In this document: piece after piece, positions 51,478-63,600 of the stretch
How the letters are laid out: each line of letters begins with the position of its first letter
How positions within the stretch are numbered: position 1 is the first letter of the stretch
Source of the DNA: a bacterium
Lineage (GTDB): Bacteria > Patescibacteriota > Microgenomatia > Daviesbacterales > UBA10151
Assembly: GCA_021786315.1 (NCBI GenBank)
Contig: JAJYNN010000002.1
Location: 100,160-164,159 of the forward strand
Direction: 5' to 3'
DNA: 64,000 nucleotides
Program-made: the position numbers and the translations under genes
The notes under the pieces: generated by a model
Told to the model about the DNA's origin: nothing
What the model saw: only the letters and a program-made list of their open reading frames with translations
Databases searched by the model: none

Positions 51478-51650
51478 TTTAGTATGCGTCTTTGGTGGCA
51501 AAGACGCCCAAAGCCACTTTGACGGGAACGAGACCTAAATTTGTCTTGTTGCTAGTCGGGGCTCACCCCCTCGGAAATTCCCTTCGGTCAGTTTCCGGTT
51601 CCCCCTGACAGCAACTTCGTCAAATTTTTAACGGTCTCCTGTTCCAAGTC
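51478..51650. other. conserved non-coding element, copy 2 (see 13598-13770)
   Basis: gcgtctttggtggcaaagacgcccaaa...acctaaatt...ccccct...aatttttaacg. Confidence 0.4.
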
Positions 51651-51683
51651 AAAGAAAGAGGGGATAGATGATATACTAGATTT

Positions 51684-52262
51684 ATGTCTGCTCGAAACCG
51701 TGGTTTTACTCTGATAAGTCTACTTTTGCGACGCAAAAGATCTTGTCAAGGTTTCACCTTGATTGAACTCTTAGTTGTTATTTGTATTGTGGCAATCCTT
51801 GGTACCGTTGCTTTATTGGTTTATACCAATACTTTAAAAAGTGCCAGAATGGCAAAGAGAATTGGGGATTTGCAAAGTATTAATACGGCAATTGAATTGT
51901 ACCGGGATGAGAACAATCATTACCCAATTGCTACTAATTGGCGCTCTGAGTGTGCCAAAGGTGGTAATTTAAACCCCGATGATGTTGTCCCCGGATTAGT
52001 CCCTAAATATACCCGGATATTTCCTTCTGATCCCTTAATGGTTAAAAACACCAACTCTTCCTGTTATATGTATATCTCCAATGAAGATGGATCGGGATAT
52101 AAACTTTTGGATTATCAAATCAGTGAATTTACCCCCGCTGATTACTTAAAGGAGAGGGGGCTAATAGATCCGGCCCGGGATGGGGGATCGGATCCCTGCA
52201 AGGTGGACGGAGATTCACCGGAGGCCTGGGGTTTTTATACCTATAATGCCTGTGCCCTTTAA
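51684..52262 (+). CDS. type IV pilin / pseudopilin-like protein (prepilin N-terminal domain)
   Basis: QGFTLIELLVVICIVAILG matches the class III signal G|FTLIE. An upstream partial duplicate GFTLISLLL is present. Confidence 0.6.
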   Translation: MSARNRGFTLISLLLRRKRSCQGFTLIELLVVICIVAILGTVALLVYTNTLKSARMAKRIGDLQSINTAIELYRDENNHYPIATNWRSECAKGGNLNPDDVVPGLVPKYTRIFPSDPLMVKNTNSSCYMYISNEDGSGYKLLDYQISEFTPADYLKERGLIDPARDGGSDPCKVDGDSPEAWGFYTYNACAL

Positions 52263-52312
52263 AAGATTTAAGAATCTTAAATCTGCATTCCTAAATCTTA
52301 AATCTAGCTTAT
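52262..52312. repeat. AT-rich palindromic repeat family, half copy
   Basis: cttaaatctgcattcctaaatcttaaatctagc is nearly identical to the right arm of the 38326-38393 copy. Confidence 0.7.
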
Positions 52313-52375
52313 TTCAAGGAATGGTTTAGGATTAAATTACCCTTGATAATTGCCCAAAAGTTTGGTACACTAAAT

Positions 52376-52493
52376 GTCCGGTGATTTGAGCGGTGCGGAA
52401 CCACCCTTTCCCATTCCGAACAGGGTCGTGAAACACACCAGCGCAGACGATACTAGGGTCGAAAGGCCTCGGGACAATATGTCATTGCCGGGA
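52376..52493 (+). rRNA. rrf: 5S ribosomal RNA (3' boundary uncertain; a duplicated 3'-end segment follows)
   Basis: TGTCCGGTGATTTGAGCGGTGCGGAACCACCC...CCCATTCCGAACAGGGTCGTGAAAC aligns with the bacterial 5S 5' half. GTCATTGCCGGGA occurs at 52481 and again at 52569. Confidence 0.5.
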
Positions 52494-52590
52494 TTATCAT
52501 CAAATTTTCCCTAAAGGAAAATTAGATGTCTGGCAATGCCATGCGAGAACTAAAATCGTTCTCTAAAGTCATTGCCGGGATATACAAATA

Positions 52591-52620
52591 AACCTCCTAA
52601 ACGGAGGTTTTTTGTTCTTT
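52591..52620 (+). terminator. rho-independent terminator after 5S
   Basis: cctcc-taaac-ggagg hairpin followed by ttttttgttcttttt. Confidence 0.6.
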
Positions 52621-52631
52621 TTAAACCCTTG

Positions 52632-52739
52632 TATAAGCAGAGCTTGAAATCTTTGCTTCTCAAAAATTATAAGCAGAGCTTGAAATCTTTGCTTCTCAAA
52701 AATTATAAGCAGAGCTTGAAATCTTTGCTTCTCAAAAAT
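52632..52739. repeat. perfect tandem repeat, 36 bp x 3
   Basis: tataagcagagcttgaaatctttgcttctcaaaaat repeated three times with no spacers. Not CRISPR-like. Confidence 0.9.
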
Positions 52740-52740
52740 T

Positions 52741-53082
52741 ATGGAAGACTTGCCCAAAACATCCCTAGAATGTAATAAACTTGCCCCCAATATTGCCAGG
52801 GTGGTAAAACAGGTAGAAACAGCAACCATCTCCTTGGCTGAGCTTGCCCAAAAAGAAGGGGTCGATATGGGTGTTTTGGTAAAAATCTGGGCCAATTTGC
52901 CCCTGGATGAATCCCAGGGTATGACCTATCTGGAAATGGCTGGACAATGTATCCTGGAAGTTTCCGGAGCAGTCGATAAAGCTTTTCCCGGCCTATCTTA
53001 TGAGGAAAAGATCATTAAGAAATTTGAGCTGATGGCCGGGCTGCTCCTTTTAAAAGCTGAGCAGGTGAAACAAATCCGCTAG
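52741..53082 (+). CDS. hypothetical protein
   Basis: 113-aa ORF starting immediately after the tandem repeat. Confidence 0.35.
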   Translation: MEDLPKTSLECNKLAPNIARVVKQVETATISLAELAQKEGVDMGVLVKIWANLPLDESQGMTYLEMAGQCILEVSGAVDKAFPGLSYEEKIIKKFELMAGLLLLKAEQVKQIR

Positions 53083-53147
53083 GGCTTGAGAAATAATCCT
53101 GAACTTGTTACAATCTCCCCATCAAAACAAGAAAGAGGACTACATGA

Positions 53148-54245
53148 ATGAGCATGACCATGGCCGAGCTCTTGGCCAAAAACAATTCTAAACCTGTCAC
53201 TTTACACCGCGGGGAAGAGGTTGAAGGTAAAGTCATTAATATCACCCAAGATGAGATTATCCTTGATTTAGGCGCCAAAGCCGAAGGTGTTTTAAATAAA
53301 AAAGATCTCAATGCCGAAGATTTGGAGAAACTTAAAGTTGGCGATAAATTAAAGGCTTTTGTCAGCTCTCCCGAAACAGAATCCGGACAAGTTATCTTAA
53401 CCTTACACAAAGCCCTGACCCAACAGGGAGGAAAAAGGTTTACCGAAACCCTAAAGAGGTGGCAAAAGTTCTTAACCGCTGCCGGTAAACAGACTACCTT
53501 AACCGGCCAGGTGGTTGATTTGAACAAGGGTGGTTTGGTGGTGGATATTGACGGTATCCGGGGCTTTTTACCTGCTTCCCAGGTAGGGGTGGAAAATATG
53601 GGCGAAGAAGGTGCAGGGCTTTCCGGGATGGTGGGCAAGGACGTAACGGTTAATGTCATTGAGGCCGATCCGGCCAAAGGACGGTTAATCCTTTCCACCC
53701 GCAAGAAGCTATCCGAGGAAGCCCAGGCGAAATTGGCAAACTATAAACCGGGAGAGAAAGTGTCCGGTAAAGTTGCCGGGATTGTACCGTTTGGGCTTTT
53801 AATTAATTTAGATGGAGTTGAAGGGGTAGTCTATACCCAGGAAATTTCCTGGGAAGGTGATTTTTCCGGGGAAGGGGCGGAAGGGAAACTGGCGGAACAA
53901 TTCAAGGTTGGTCAAGAAATTGAAGCCAAAGTTTTAGGGGTGGATGAGGTTTTGGGAAGGGTTAAACTTTCTATTAAACAATTAACTGAAGACCCAATGG
54001 CCAAAATGCTGGAAAAATACCAGACTGATGACGTGGTTTCCGGGGAAATTACGGATGTAAACCAACAGGGTGTAACAGTTAAATTAAAAGACGGGGTAGA
54101 GGGGGTGCTTCCTGCTTCCAAGATGAAGGGGGAGTATGCAGTCGGACAAACAATGAACTTTTTGGTTGACAGCGTTGATGCCGGCAGACGCCGGGTAAAT
54201 CTGACTCCATTTATTACCTCCACTGAAGGCCTCATCTACAAATAA
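53148..54245 (+). CDS. rpsA: 30S ribosomal protein S1 (short, four S1 domains)
   Basis: Repeated S1 (OB-fold) modules of type GEEVEGKV...GxxGxL, GQVVDLNKGGLVVDIDGIRGFLPASQV and GEKVSGKVAGIVPFGLLINLDGVEG. Confidence 0.75.
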   Translation: MSMTMAELLAKNNSKPVTLHRGEEVEGKVINITQDEIILDLGAKAEGVLNKKDLNAEDLEKLKVGDKLKAFVSSPETESGQVILTLHKALTQQGGKRFTETLKRWQKFLTAAGKQTTLTGQVVDLNKGGLVVDIDGIRGFLPASQVGVENMGEEGAGLSGMVGKDVTVNVIEADPAKGRLILSTRKKLSEEAQAKLANYKPGEKVSGKVAGIVPFGLLINLDGVEGVVYTQEISWEGDFSGEGAEGKLAEQFKVGQEIEAKVLGVDEVLGRVKLSIKQLTEDPMAKMLEKYQTDDVVSGEITDVNQQGVTVKLKDGVEGVLPASKMKGEYAVGQTMNFLVDSVDAGRRRVNLTPFITSTEGLIYK

Positions 54246-54275
54246 TTTTAAATTTTAAAACTCAAATTTTAAAAT
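54243..54275. repeat. AT-rich repeat (aattttaaattttaaaactcaaattttaaaa) flanking the four-helix-bundle gene
   Basis: A partner copy cttaaaatttaaaatttagattta lies at 54648-54682 in inverted orientation. Confidence 0.55.
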
Positions 54276-54299
54276 AAACCTCAAAAAGGATGTCTAAAA

Positions 54300-54641
54300 T
54301 TATTTACTCTTTTCGACGATTTTAGAAAAAATGAGCGTCAATTCATGGGCTTCTGCCCAAAGTTCTCGGCATTCTGTTGTAAGACCTTCTTCTGTTTTTG
54401 CCAGGATTCTTAACCAGTATTTTGTTTCTCGGCATTCTTTGCGGCAAATACAAGCCTTATTATTAAAATCTCTCTTTGAAGAAGCCCCGTTTGCTTCCAT
54501 ATAATTTGCACCGATACTAGTTCCTGACCGTACTAATTGACTAATAATAGGAGTGACTATGGTATTTTTCGGAGCTCTTTTGCACAGTCCAATTACTTTT
54601 TCTGCAAAAACAGCACATCTTTCTTCCAGGTCATATTTCAT
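54300..54641 (-). CDS. four-helix-bundle protein (23S rRNA-intervening-sequence protein family, TIGR02436-like)
   Basis: SGTSIGANYMEANGASSKRDFNNKACICRKECRETKYWLRIL matches the conserved core of this family. Confidence 0.6.
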   Translation of the reverse strand: MKYDLEERCAVFAEKVIGLCKRAPKNTIVTPIISQLVRSGTSIGANYMEANGASSKRDFNNKACICRKECRETKYWLRILAKTEEGLTTECRELWAEAHELTLIFSKIVEKSK

Positions 54642-54647
54642 AGACTT

Positions 54648-54682
54648 ATTTTATAACTTAAAATTTAAAATTTAGATTTATC
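54648..54682. repeat. AT-rich repeat, inverted partner of 54243-54275
   Basis: cttaaaatttaaaatttagatttatc. Confidence 0.55.
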
Positions 54683-57600
54683 ATGGTTTACTGTCCACGA
54701 TCCACCAGTCGAAGGTGATGTCCTGGGCTTGGGCCTGGTTAAGCTGGACTGTAAATGACTGGCCAACACTCTTGGAGGAAACACCCAGGGTTACCGGCTG
54801 GTGGGGGGTGAGGAAGATCCTGGAAGTGGCGGTAACCTGGTCGGTATTTACAATCAGGGTTGTTTGTCCGGCAGGGATAGTGGCAGTGGACAAAGTTTGG
54901 GAGGAGACCTCTACTTTTTGAACACTTATCTTACCCGTATTGTCGATTTGGGCTTTCCCATTGAAGAAATCAACCAGCGTTGCCAACGGTGAATTCTGGA
55001 TAAACAAGGCGCCGATGGAGTTGACGGAGTTGCCGGTCAAAGACATTGTTCCGTCAACTGTGAAATCGCCGGCAATAGTGGTGCTGGCCAAAGAGGTAGT
55101 ACCCAAAGATTTGAAGGTATCGGAGATTGTCGCCTGGTAGGCGGTCAGTTGTCCGGAGATTGTTGCCTCGGAAGCCACTGAAAGGTTAGCCAAAACAGCG
55201 GAACCGGTGGCCAGCAGCACATCCGGGGAGGTCAGCTTTAAGTTATCGACATCGGATTGGACTTTGGCCAATTGGGCGGAAGTTGAGGCCAGCTGAGCGG
55301 AGTTGGAAGCCAACTGGGCAGAAGTGGAAGCAATTTGGGCCGAGGAGGAAGCAATTTGGGCTGATAACACATCCGCTTGGGCTTGAACCGCGGCCAGTTG
55401 GGTATCAATGGTCTTTAAGGTGGAAGCTACCTCAATATAGTTGGTTCCTGCCTGGTACTGGATGGCGGAAGTGGAGGCAACCGGCTGGCCGGAAGCAGTT
55501 AAGCCTGAGGAATCCAGGGAGTTGTCGGCCACCTTAAGTTCGCCTGAAATGGTCGCTTCACTGGTGACTGCAATCTGGTCTACCTTAAGAGACGGGGTTT
55601 GCAGTGACCCATTGGTATTGACACTTAAGTTGAAGCTGGAGACTTGGGCCACGTAGCTGTTAATCTCATCCTGTTGTTCTTTAACTGAATTAATAAGCCC
55701 AAAAGTCAAGGCTCCGTAGTTTACCTCTTTCACCTGGGTTAGAGTTGTATCGGTCGGATAAAGTTGTACCTCCCTGGTGCTTACAAGTTGGGGCGCCACC
55801 TGTTCTACCTGCTGGGCAATAAGACCTGATTTGATATTCCCGTCGTCAAGCGTTCCCCCAAGGCCGTTGTATTGGAAAGTTACGGGGTTGAGGCCGAGTA
55901 TTTCTTTCAGGCCGAGGTTAACGGGATTAATGTTCTTTTTCAGCCTGATATCAGATAAACAGGCTCCTAATGTCCCGCCGTTGTAAGTAAGGCATCCCTG
56001 GATGGATCCATTTCCTGCAGAATCTACGATAAACCGATTTGTGCCGTTTATTTGCATGATAATTTGTCCGCTGGCATTTCCATTGGCTATATACCAAAGA
56101 CTTCTTTCTGTTCCAATGCCGGCACCGTTTACCCTGGTTTCACCCTGAGAGTCATGGACAACAAGCGGCGCTACTGCATTCGGCATTGTTGTTCCGATAT
56201 AAACATTTCCGGAGGCATAAGCATTTCCGCTGACGTTAAGGCCGGCGGAATTTACTACGCCATTCTTTTGTACTGTGAACGGGTAAGAGTTCCAGGCGGC
56301 GTTACCGAGGGTAATGGCGTTATACGTTGGATTAGTGTCATTGCCGGGCTGGATGCGGATAATATCTGTTCCGGTGTTGTTGTAGGCATAAAGGGATGTT
56401 GCCCTGGCTGTTCCGGCTACATCTAGTGCAGTTCCCGGAGTTCCTACTCCGATACCTACACCTCCTGTGCCGCCACTGGTTTGGAGTAACAAATAGCCTG
56501 CACCTTTTGAATCAAGCATAAGGTTATTGGTTGCATTGGTACCACTCTCATAAATATGGTTATATCCAATGTTTACTGATTGGGTTGAATTAAGGGGCAG
56601 GACTGATAAGTAAGCTTCAGTCCCATTAGTTGGGCTTTGAATTGTCAGTACTGATCCCGGATTGGTAGTCCCAATACCCACATTACCTGAGTTTTTGAAT
56701 GTTACCTTATCTGACCACCCTCCGCCATCTGTACGGATTGCGACGTCATTGCCGTTACCCAGTATTTTTGTTACTCCACCTTCTATACCAAATTGAGCAT
56801 ACTTAGTTGCATTATTAGAATCATGTAACCGGATCCAGTTATCTCCAGTAAAGGACAAATCTAGTTTGTAGCCTGGACTAGTTGTCCCGATACCCACATT
56901 GCCCCCGGCAGCTATTGTCATCTTGATTGAATCATTGGTTCCGATATTGACAGGGTGGTTGCTGTAAGTCCAAAGATTCATGGCTCCTGGGCCCAGTCCG
57001 TCAGTACCGCCGTTAAGAGACAGGTATCCATTAATTGTGCCGGTGGTACTATAGAGGTGCATTTGCGAGTACTGGCTGGTTGGACCCTGGACATAAATGG
57101 CATCGTTTGAATCCACAGATGACCGGGTTGTTCCTCCAAACATAGCAAGTCCGTTAACATTAAATTTGACCAGAGGGCTCGTTGTTCCAATACCCACATT
57201 CCCGGTAAAGTAGGAGTTGCCACTGCCGCTAACAGCCAGTGTCCCGCCGACGGTTAAATTACCGGAGTTAGATAGGGACATAATCGCGTTATCCAGATTT
57301 CCGGCTGTCCCATCCACCCAGCGGAAGCCTGCGCTGGAAGTTTCACCGCTGACAAATGATAACCAGTCAGCCCTGTTGCTGTATACACCTATAAATGGTG
57401 TGCCCCAACTGGAAGTGGGGAATTTGATATAGTTCAGGTTATCAACCCTGATATTCCCATTAACTTCCAGCTTCTCTCCAGGACTGGTTGTCCCAATACC
57501 CACATTGCCAGCAAATGAGCTGCTGCCTGACCCTTGAACTGTAAGTGTACCAAGTAAAGTTGCATTTCCTTGAGTTCCGGCATTGTAATCAGTGCTGACA

Positions 57601-60600
57601 CTAAATACAGTTGATTGTGAACTACCGTTATTCCCCCGGAATTGAATCTTAGTTCCGCTACCATAAACTCCATTATCAAGATCCAAGTAATTAGAGCTAT
57701 CAAAGGTTAATACGTTTCGGGCGATAGCATCTGATCCTTTCCACTGAATGGGTTGGTTATTATCAAGTAGCAAAGCCCCTCCTACAACCTGAAGCTTAGT
57801 TGTGGGACTTGTTGTCCCGATACCAACATTACCATTGGTAAGTCTCATTACCTCGGCCGAGTTGGCTTTAAGCGCTAGGGCTGTATTGTTATTGCCGATA
57901 TCACCAATACCAATTGGCCCTCCTCCGGGGAAGTTAAGGACACCTCCGCCGTTGACGTTGAGTTGGGTGCTAGCATTGATGGTCCCCTTGACATCCAAGG
58001 CAACCTGAGGACTGGTTGTCCCAATACCCACATTGCCGCTGCTGGTAATTCTAAGCCGTTCATGTTGGCTATTATCTTGGTCTACATTAAAAGACATAAA
58101 TGTATCTATATTGGAACCGGTTCCCCAATCAGCAGCCTCTTTTCCTACTCTTATCCATGCCCCGTTTAGTTGTCTTGTATCGGGCGAAAACTGAATTCCT
58201 GCTGTCTGAGTGGTGGTGTTGGATTGGTCTGAATTAGCTATACGGATACCACTAACATTGCCTGTTGCTGTATTGGTTATATCGAGAAATTGTCCCGGAC
58301 TGGTTGTCCCAATACCCACATTGCCGCTGATATACATTTGAGGATCCGCATTGTAGGCAGTGGTAACTTTGAAGTAGCCGTTGCCGGAAGATCCGGTGGC
58401 GGAGATTAAATTACCCGTATTGGCTGAGGAAAGAACGATGTTGGCTCCCGTATTTGTTCCGGCGCCGGTAGCAATATACAAACCGCTCATATTGCCGCTG
58501 CCCGGACCACTTATCCTAAGCGCATAACCGGAAGAGTTGTTGCCCAGGATATCTAATACCGCTCCCGGGCTGGTTGTGCCTATACCTACATTACCGTTAC
58601 CCTGAACAAGAAACTTTGTGTCGGGAGTTCCGTCTGCATCAACTGTCAGTTTTAGGAGATTAAAGGCTGAGCTGGCTGTTCTGTAGGCTTCGCCTCGGAT
58701 CAGGTCGCTGGCAAATGCCGAGCCGTCAGTAGCAATTACCTGTAGTCCGGGATTACCTTGCCCACTAAACACAGAGATCAAAGGAGCAACAGAGATGGTG
58801 GAAGGCTCCGTAGTTTGGGTAGTGGCAATTAAACTCTTACCGGCTGAGTCATAGAAGTTACTTGTACCCACCACATCTAATTTGTAACTTGGGTTGGTTG
58901 TCCCGATACCCACATTGCCGTTTGTATCTACCCTCATTCTTTCTGCAGCCACTCCACCGTTGTTTGTATTGAAGATAAGGTTTGAGATACCGGAACTATA
59001 TCCGATATTAAGGTTTGATCCGTTAAGTTCAAGCGAACCAATTTCCGCTAGCCTTAGTAGTCCGCTGCCTCCGGAAGTTCCCACATTGATGATGTCGTTG
59101 CCCCGTACATCAAGCGTGTAGGTTGGGTTGGTTGTCCCGATACCCACACTACCACCTGTTTTGATATACATACTAGCAGAGGTACCTTCTTTAAATTGCA
59201 TATCTTTACCTGAAGCGGTAATGAGAGTGGTAATATCGCTGGTATCTTTTCCAAGTAGAGCCCTGATAGTCCCGCCACTATCTTTAGCTCCGTAGTAATT
59301 TCCATTAGCTATAACTAAAGAGTTGGCGTCAGCTCCTCCGGTAGCCAGTTCCAGTTTGGCCAAGGGTGCAGTTGTGCCTATACCTACATTACCTGATTTA
59401 ATAATCCTGATCCTATCCTGAAGACTTGAACCATCTGTTAAGGATAAAGAGATATATGGTTCATCAGGAACAGCTCCAGTTGGCCTTCCGTAGGCTTTAA
59501 ACTGAGCCATAGCGGTACCGCTGGAACTAAAATTAATTGTTTTTGGCGATTCGCCATAATCATTATCAATAGTTAAAGTTGTGCCTGATGTAGTAGCGGC
59601 TCCTTTTAGGTGTAGTAGGCTTGTTGGTGCAGTTGTGCCTATACCCACATTACCACCAGATTTAATAATCATGTTAGTAACTGTTCCTCCGCCTCCACCC
59701 TGGAAATAAACATCATTTGCAAAATCTCTTCCGAAATAGATTGGGTTACTACTTGGATTATCGATGTTAAATCCATTACTCCAAGCCCTAAATCTACCTT
59801 GATCTACATCGGAATTGTTAGCAACAAATACGTCACCTCTATTTACTCTTAGGGCAGAAACTCCTGAGGTGCCCAATACTTGCAAATTTGAATTCGGTCC
59901 AGTTGTCCCAATACCCACATTCCCATATCTATCGATAACCATTCTGGGAGAGGGTGTAGTCAGGCCAGTGGCAAGGACAATATCCCTATTGTAGGTAGTA
60001 ACCCGGGGCTGGATAATGAGATTCCCGCTTTCTGCAAAAGGATAACTTGAACCGTTACCAGCTGAGTTATAAATCAAAGGAGCAACACTGGTGTTGTATG
60101 AGCTGGTGGAACCAGTTAGCTGAAGGTAACCATTAGCATTTATATTCCCATTTACATCAAGATTGTATCCCGGATTAGTTGTACCAATACCTACATTCCC
60201 GTTGTCCATGATGACAAATTTATCAACGCTATTGTTGTCCTGGGTGCGGAAAGTAAAGCCTGTGGTGGTGCCGGCACCCTTAACTTGTAACTTGGCAGTT
60301 GCATCACCTGAACCGGCACCGCCTACCATTACATTGTTGGCTGAGCCAATGGAGATTGCCCCCTGGTTGCTGGAGGCGGTGTAGGTGAGGTTTAATCCAT
60401 AACCGTTGGTAAAAATATCACCCCGTTGGGTAGTATTATCGATAAAGACTATCTGGGAGCTGTCGCTTGTGCTGGCTGAGTTGATAGTGATTCGGGGATC
60501 ACTGCCCTTTAGGAGTATCCCGGCATTTCTATTAGCGTTTACTACATGAAGAGTATCAGTAGGACTGGTTGTCCCAATACCTACATTACCAGCTGAGGTT

Positions 60601-63600
60601 AGAGTCATGCCAACTGCTGAATTTCCGCCTAATTCAAGATTTCCTACACCAACAACTCTTAAGTCATTAGAGGCAGTGCCTGCACCTATACTTCCTCTGT
60701 TAGTCAAAATATAGGAAGTATCATTTCTGATAGAACCACCCACTACGTGTAGTAAAGCTGAAGGAGCAGTTGTGCCTATACCAACATTTCCGTTGCTGCT
60801 TTGGATAAACATTCTACTAACGTTGGCCGGGGCAAAGGAAATATCTCCATCTCCACCTCCACCTCCATTGCCTGTAACAAGCCTTAAGTCACCAGTAGTT
60901 TCTATTTCCTGATGGCCTGCACTTAAACCATCGTTAGTGTTATTTATACTGGGGGACATCTTTAGTGCTCTACTTACATCAGAACGGACCAGACGGAAGT
61001 AAATAGAATCAGCATTGGCTGCATCCATCTCTAGTTTTGCTAAAGGACTGGTTGTCCCAATACCTACATTGCCACCAGTGGCATTTAACAAGGTATTATT
61101 GCCTCCATAATTAATGGCTAGAGGCTGGGAATCATAGGATTGGATAAGCTTAAATGAATCAAGTTTTCCAATTAATAACCCAACCCCCACGCTTCCTTGC
61201 GCTGGGACGCTTGTCCCAAAGGAAGTTGTATTGATACCAACATCTGTTCCTACCGAAAGAAGAACTTTTGGATTGGTGTTTCCGATACCAATGTTGCCGG
61301 CGGAGTTAATTCTCATTCTTTCGGTTACATTGGTATCCCCGGGGGCTGTAGTGCGGAAGACTATGGCTCCAGGCATGGAAGTGGCTGAAGTAACCCCGTC
61401 TATATCAAAGTCTATTCTGGCTGCGGACAGGAAACTGCTAACACCGTCACTTCCTCTACCAATCAACATCATGATGTGGCTGTTGGCTGCGGGTAACGCG
61501 TGAACGCCTTCGGTGTCGCTTGCCGATTTATTAAATACCAAAACCGCGCTGCCGGTGTTGTTCCACCAGTTGTTCATGGCTATTCCGCCATAAGTGGTGG
61601 GTTGATTATTAAGTTCCATTAGCTCTGATAGCCCTCCTGTACTGTATTTTTGATTTCCATTGATAAACACATTACCGGAAGAATTAACCTGGAATAAATT
61701 ATTTGTTCCGACCGAGAGGAGACTTCCGGGGCTTGTTGTCCCAATACCCACATTACCGGTTGCATCTATAGCTAACCGGGATGCATCGTTGGTGGCCAGG
61801 ATTAAGGAATTACTGTCTGCAGTGCCAACTGCTAAAGTAGCAGCACCACTGGTTATGAAAGCGTTGCCAGCTTTATTTATGCCAAGACTCGTTCCGGCGT
61901 AGGAGGCGCCGTAGACATTTTGATTAAGGTATGCACTAGTGGAGTATTGAACTGAAGTGCTGGCAAATCCAGAAGCGTTATCGTTTTGTACCTTAGATCT
62001 GACCACATCAGCCGTGTTTCCATAAACTTGGAGTTGGTAAGCTGGGCTGGTTGTTCCAATACCTATATTACCATTGGAGGCAATCCTCATTTGCTCAGTA
62101 CCCCCGGTGGCAAGGTTTAAAGTATTAGCTTCTGAGGTGAAGATTCCTGTGTCTGTGTCACTGCTGAAGGTAAAGGTTGGGACTGATGCAGAACCGTTGC
62201 CTGCTCTTAGTGCGTTGGCAAGCGTTGCATAGCCGTCTTTTCTAACGGCAAATTGGGTAGCGCTTCCTACCTGCAAATCAATAAGATTGGAAGCAGCTCC
62301 GGAGGATGTATCAGTAACATTTAGTTTGATGCCGTTTTTAGTACCTGCATCGTTCCAGGTTACAGTGGCATTCATGACTGGGATATCTGAGGTGATGGTA
62401 CCTAAAGCAATATCCAGCTTTGCTCCCGGACTTGTTGTCCCGATACCCACATTACCTGATCCGATACCATTTGTTATAGAAAGACCGGAATTGAGAGTGA
62501 ATTGTTTGTTGGTAATATCCCAACTCATTAGGGCGTTGGGGGTGGCAGTCCCTCTCTCGAAGATCAGGTTCATCGCCTCAGCGTCATCCGTAGCATTATC
62601 AGCATTAATAGTCCAATCGTTGGAGTTGGTACTCCCGCCGACAACTACACCGATCAAGGAAGTGGCGTTGACAGTATCCGCATAAACCGTGCCAAACTTG
62701 GTGCCGGCATCACCGATATTGATGTTGCCGGTGGAGGCGGTAATGGCTCCGGTTACCTGGGTGGCTCCCAGCCGGGCATTGCCGTTGACATCCAGTTTAT
62801 AAATTGGGGCGGTGGTGGCAATGCCGATATTGCCGTTACTCTCTATTGTGATACCATTTGTTGCGGAACCTCCGGTGGTAAGCCTTAATGTATTACCGGT
62901 AAGTCGGTATAGCCCGGTATCGGTGTCTCCGGTAAAAGATAGGGCGGGTGTGGATGCTGTTCCGTCAGGTAAAAGGGTATAGCCGGAGGAATTAACCTGG
63001 AACAGGTCTCCGTTTCCTACTACGAATAAAGCAGCTGGGGAACTGTCGTTAATTCCCACATTTCCGGCTCCGGTAATAGTCATTCGGGTATTGCCTGTCT
63101 GGGTGGTGTTGTTAGTAGCGGTATTAAAGTTAATATTGGTAACGGCATTCATGGTGTTTCTGCCTCCGCCCAAAGTCATTGCTCCGTTATCAGAAAAGAC
63201 CAGACCGTAAGGCTCTTCTCCGGCAAGATTATGCCTGGCAGCAAGACCGCCCCATCTGCTAGTTCCGTCACCAGCAGCTCCGCTGCCGACTGTCAAAACG
63301 GGGGTGCCGTTGGGGTTGTAAATAATCGGGTCAGCACTGATATCGATCACCGTTTGGTTATCTGACCTTTTAATGAGGCCGGTGGAGATTTGGATGCTGC
63401 CTATAACATGCAGAGCAGAAGATGGCGAAGTGGTACCTACCCCGACGTTGCCGGTAAAGTAGGAGGCTCCGGAGCCGTTAACGTTTAGCACTCCGGCAAC
63501 TTGGGTGATAGCGTTGTTGATGGTAGCGGTGCCAGTTGCGGCTCCCAGGGAGATGGAAGTGGCCGCACCGCCGATATTGAGGGCAGTGGCGTTGGCATTA

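Noticed and set aside
52632-52739. Possible CRISPR array
   Set aside because: The repeat units are directly adjacent with no unique spacers, so this is a simple tandem repeat.
52569-52895. ORFs 52569-52895 (-) and 52572-52775 (+) with repeated peptide units (QALLIIFEKQRF x3 and YKQSLKSLLLKN x3)
   Set aside because: They are produced by the perfect 36-bp x 3 tandem repeat, which has open frames on both strands. There is no independent coding evidence.
54715-62685. About 20 short plus-strand ORFs within 54.7-62.7 kb
   Set aside because: They are antisense to the continuous minus-strand repeat protein of more than 3,000 aa. GC-skewed repeats routinely create such shadow ORFs.
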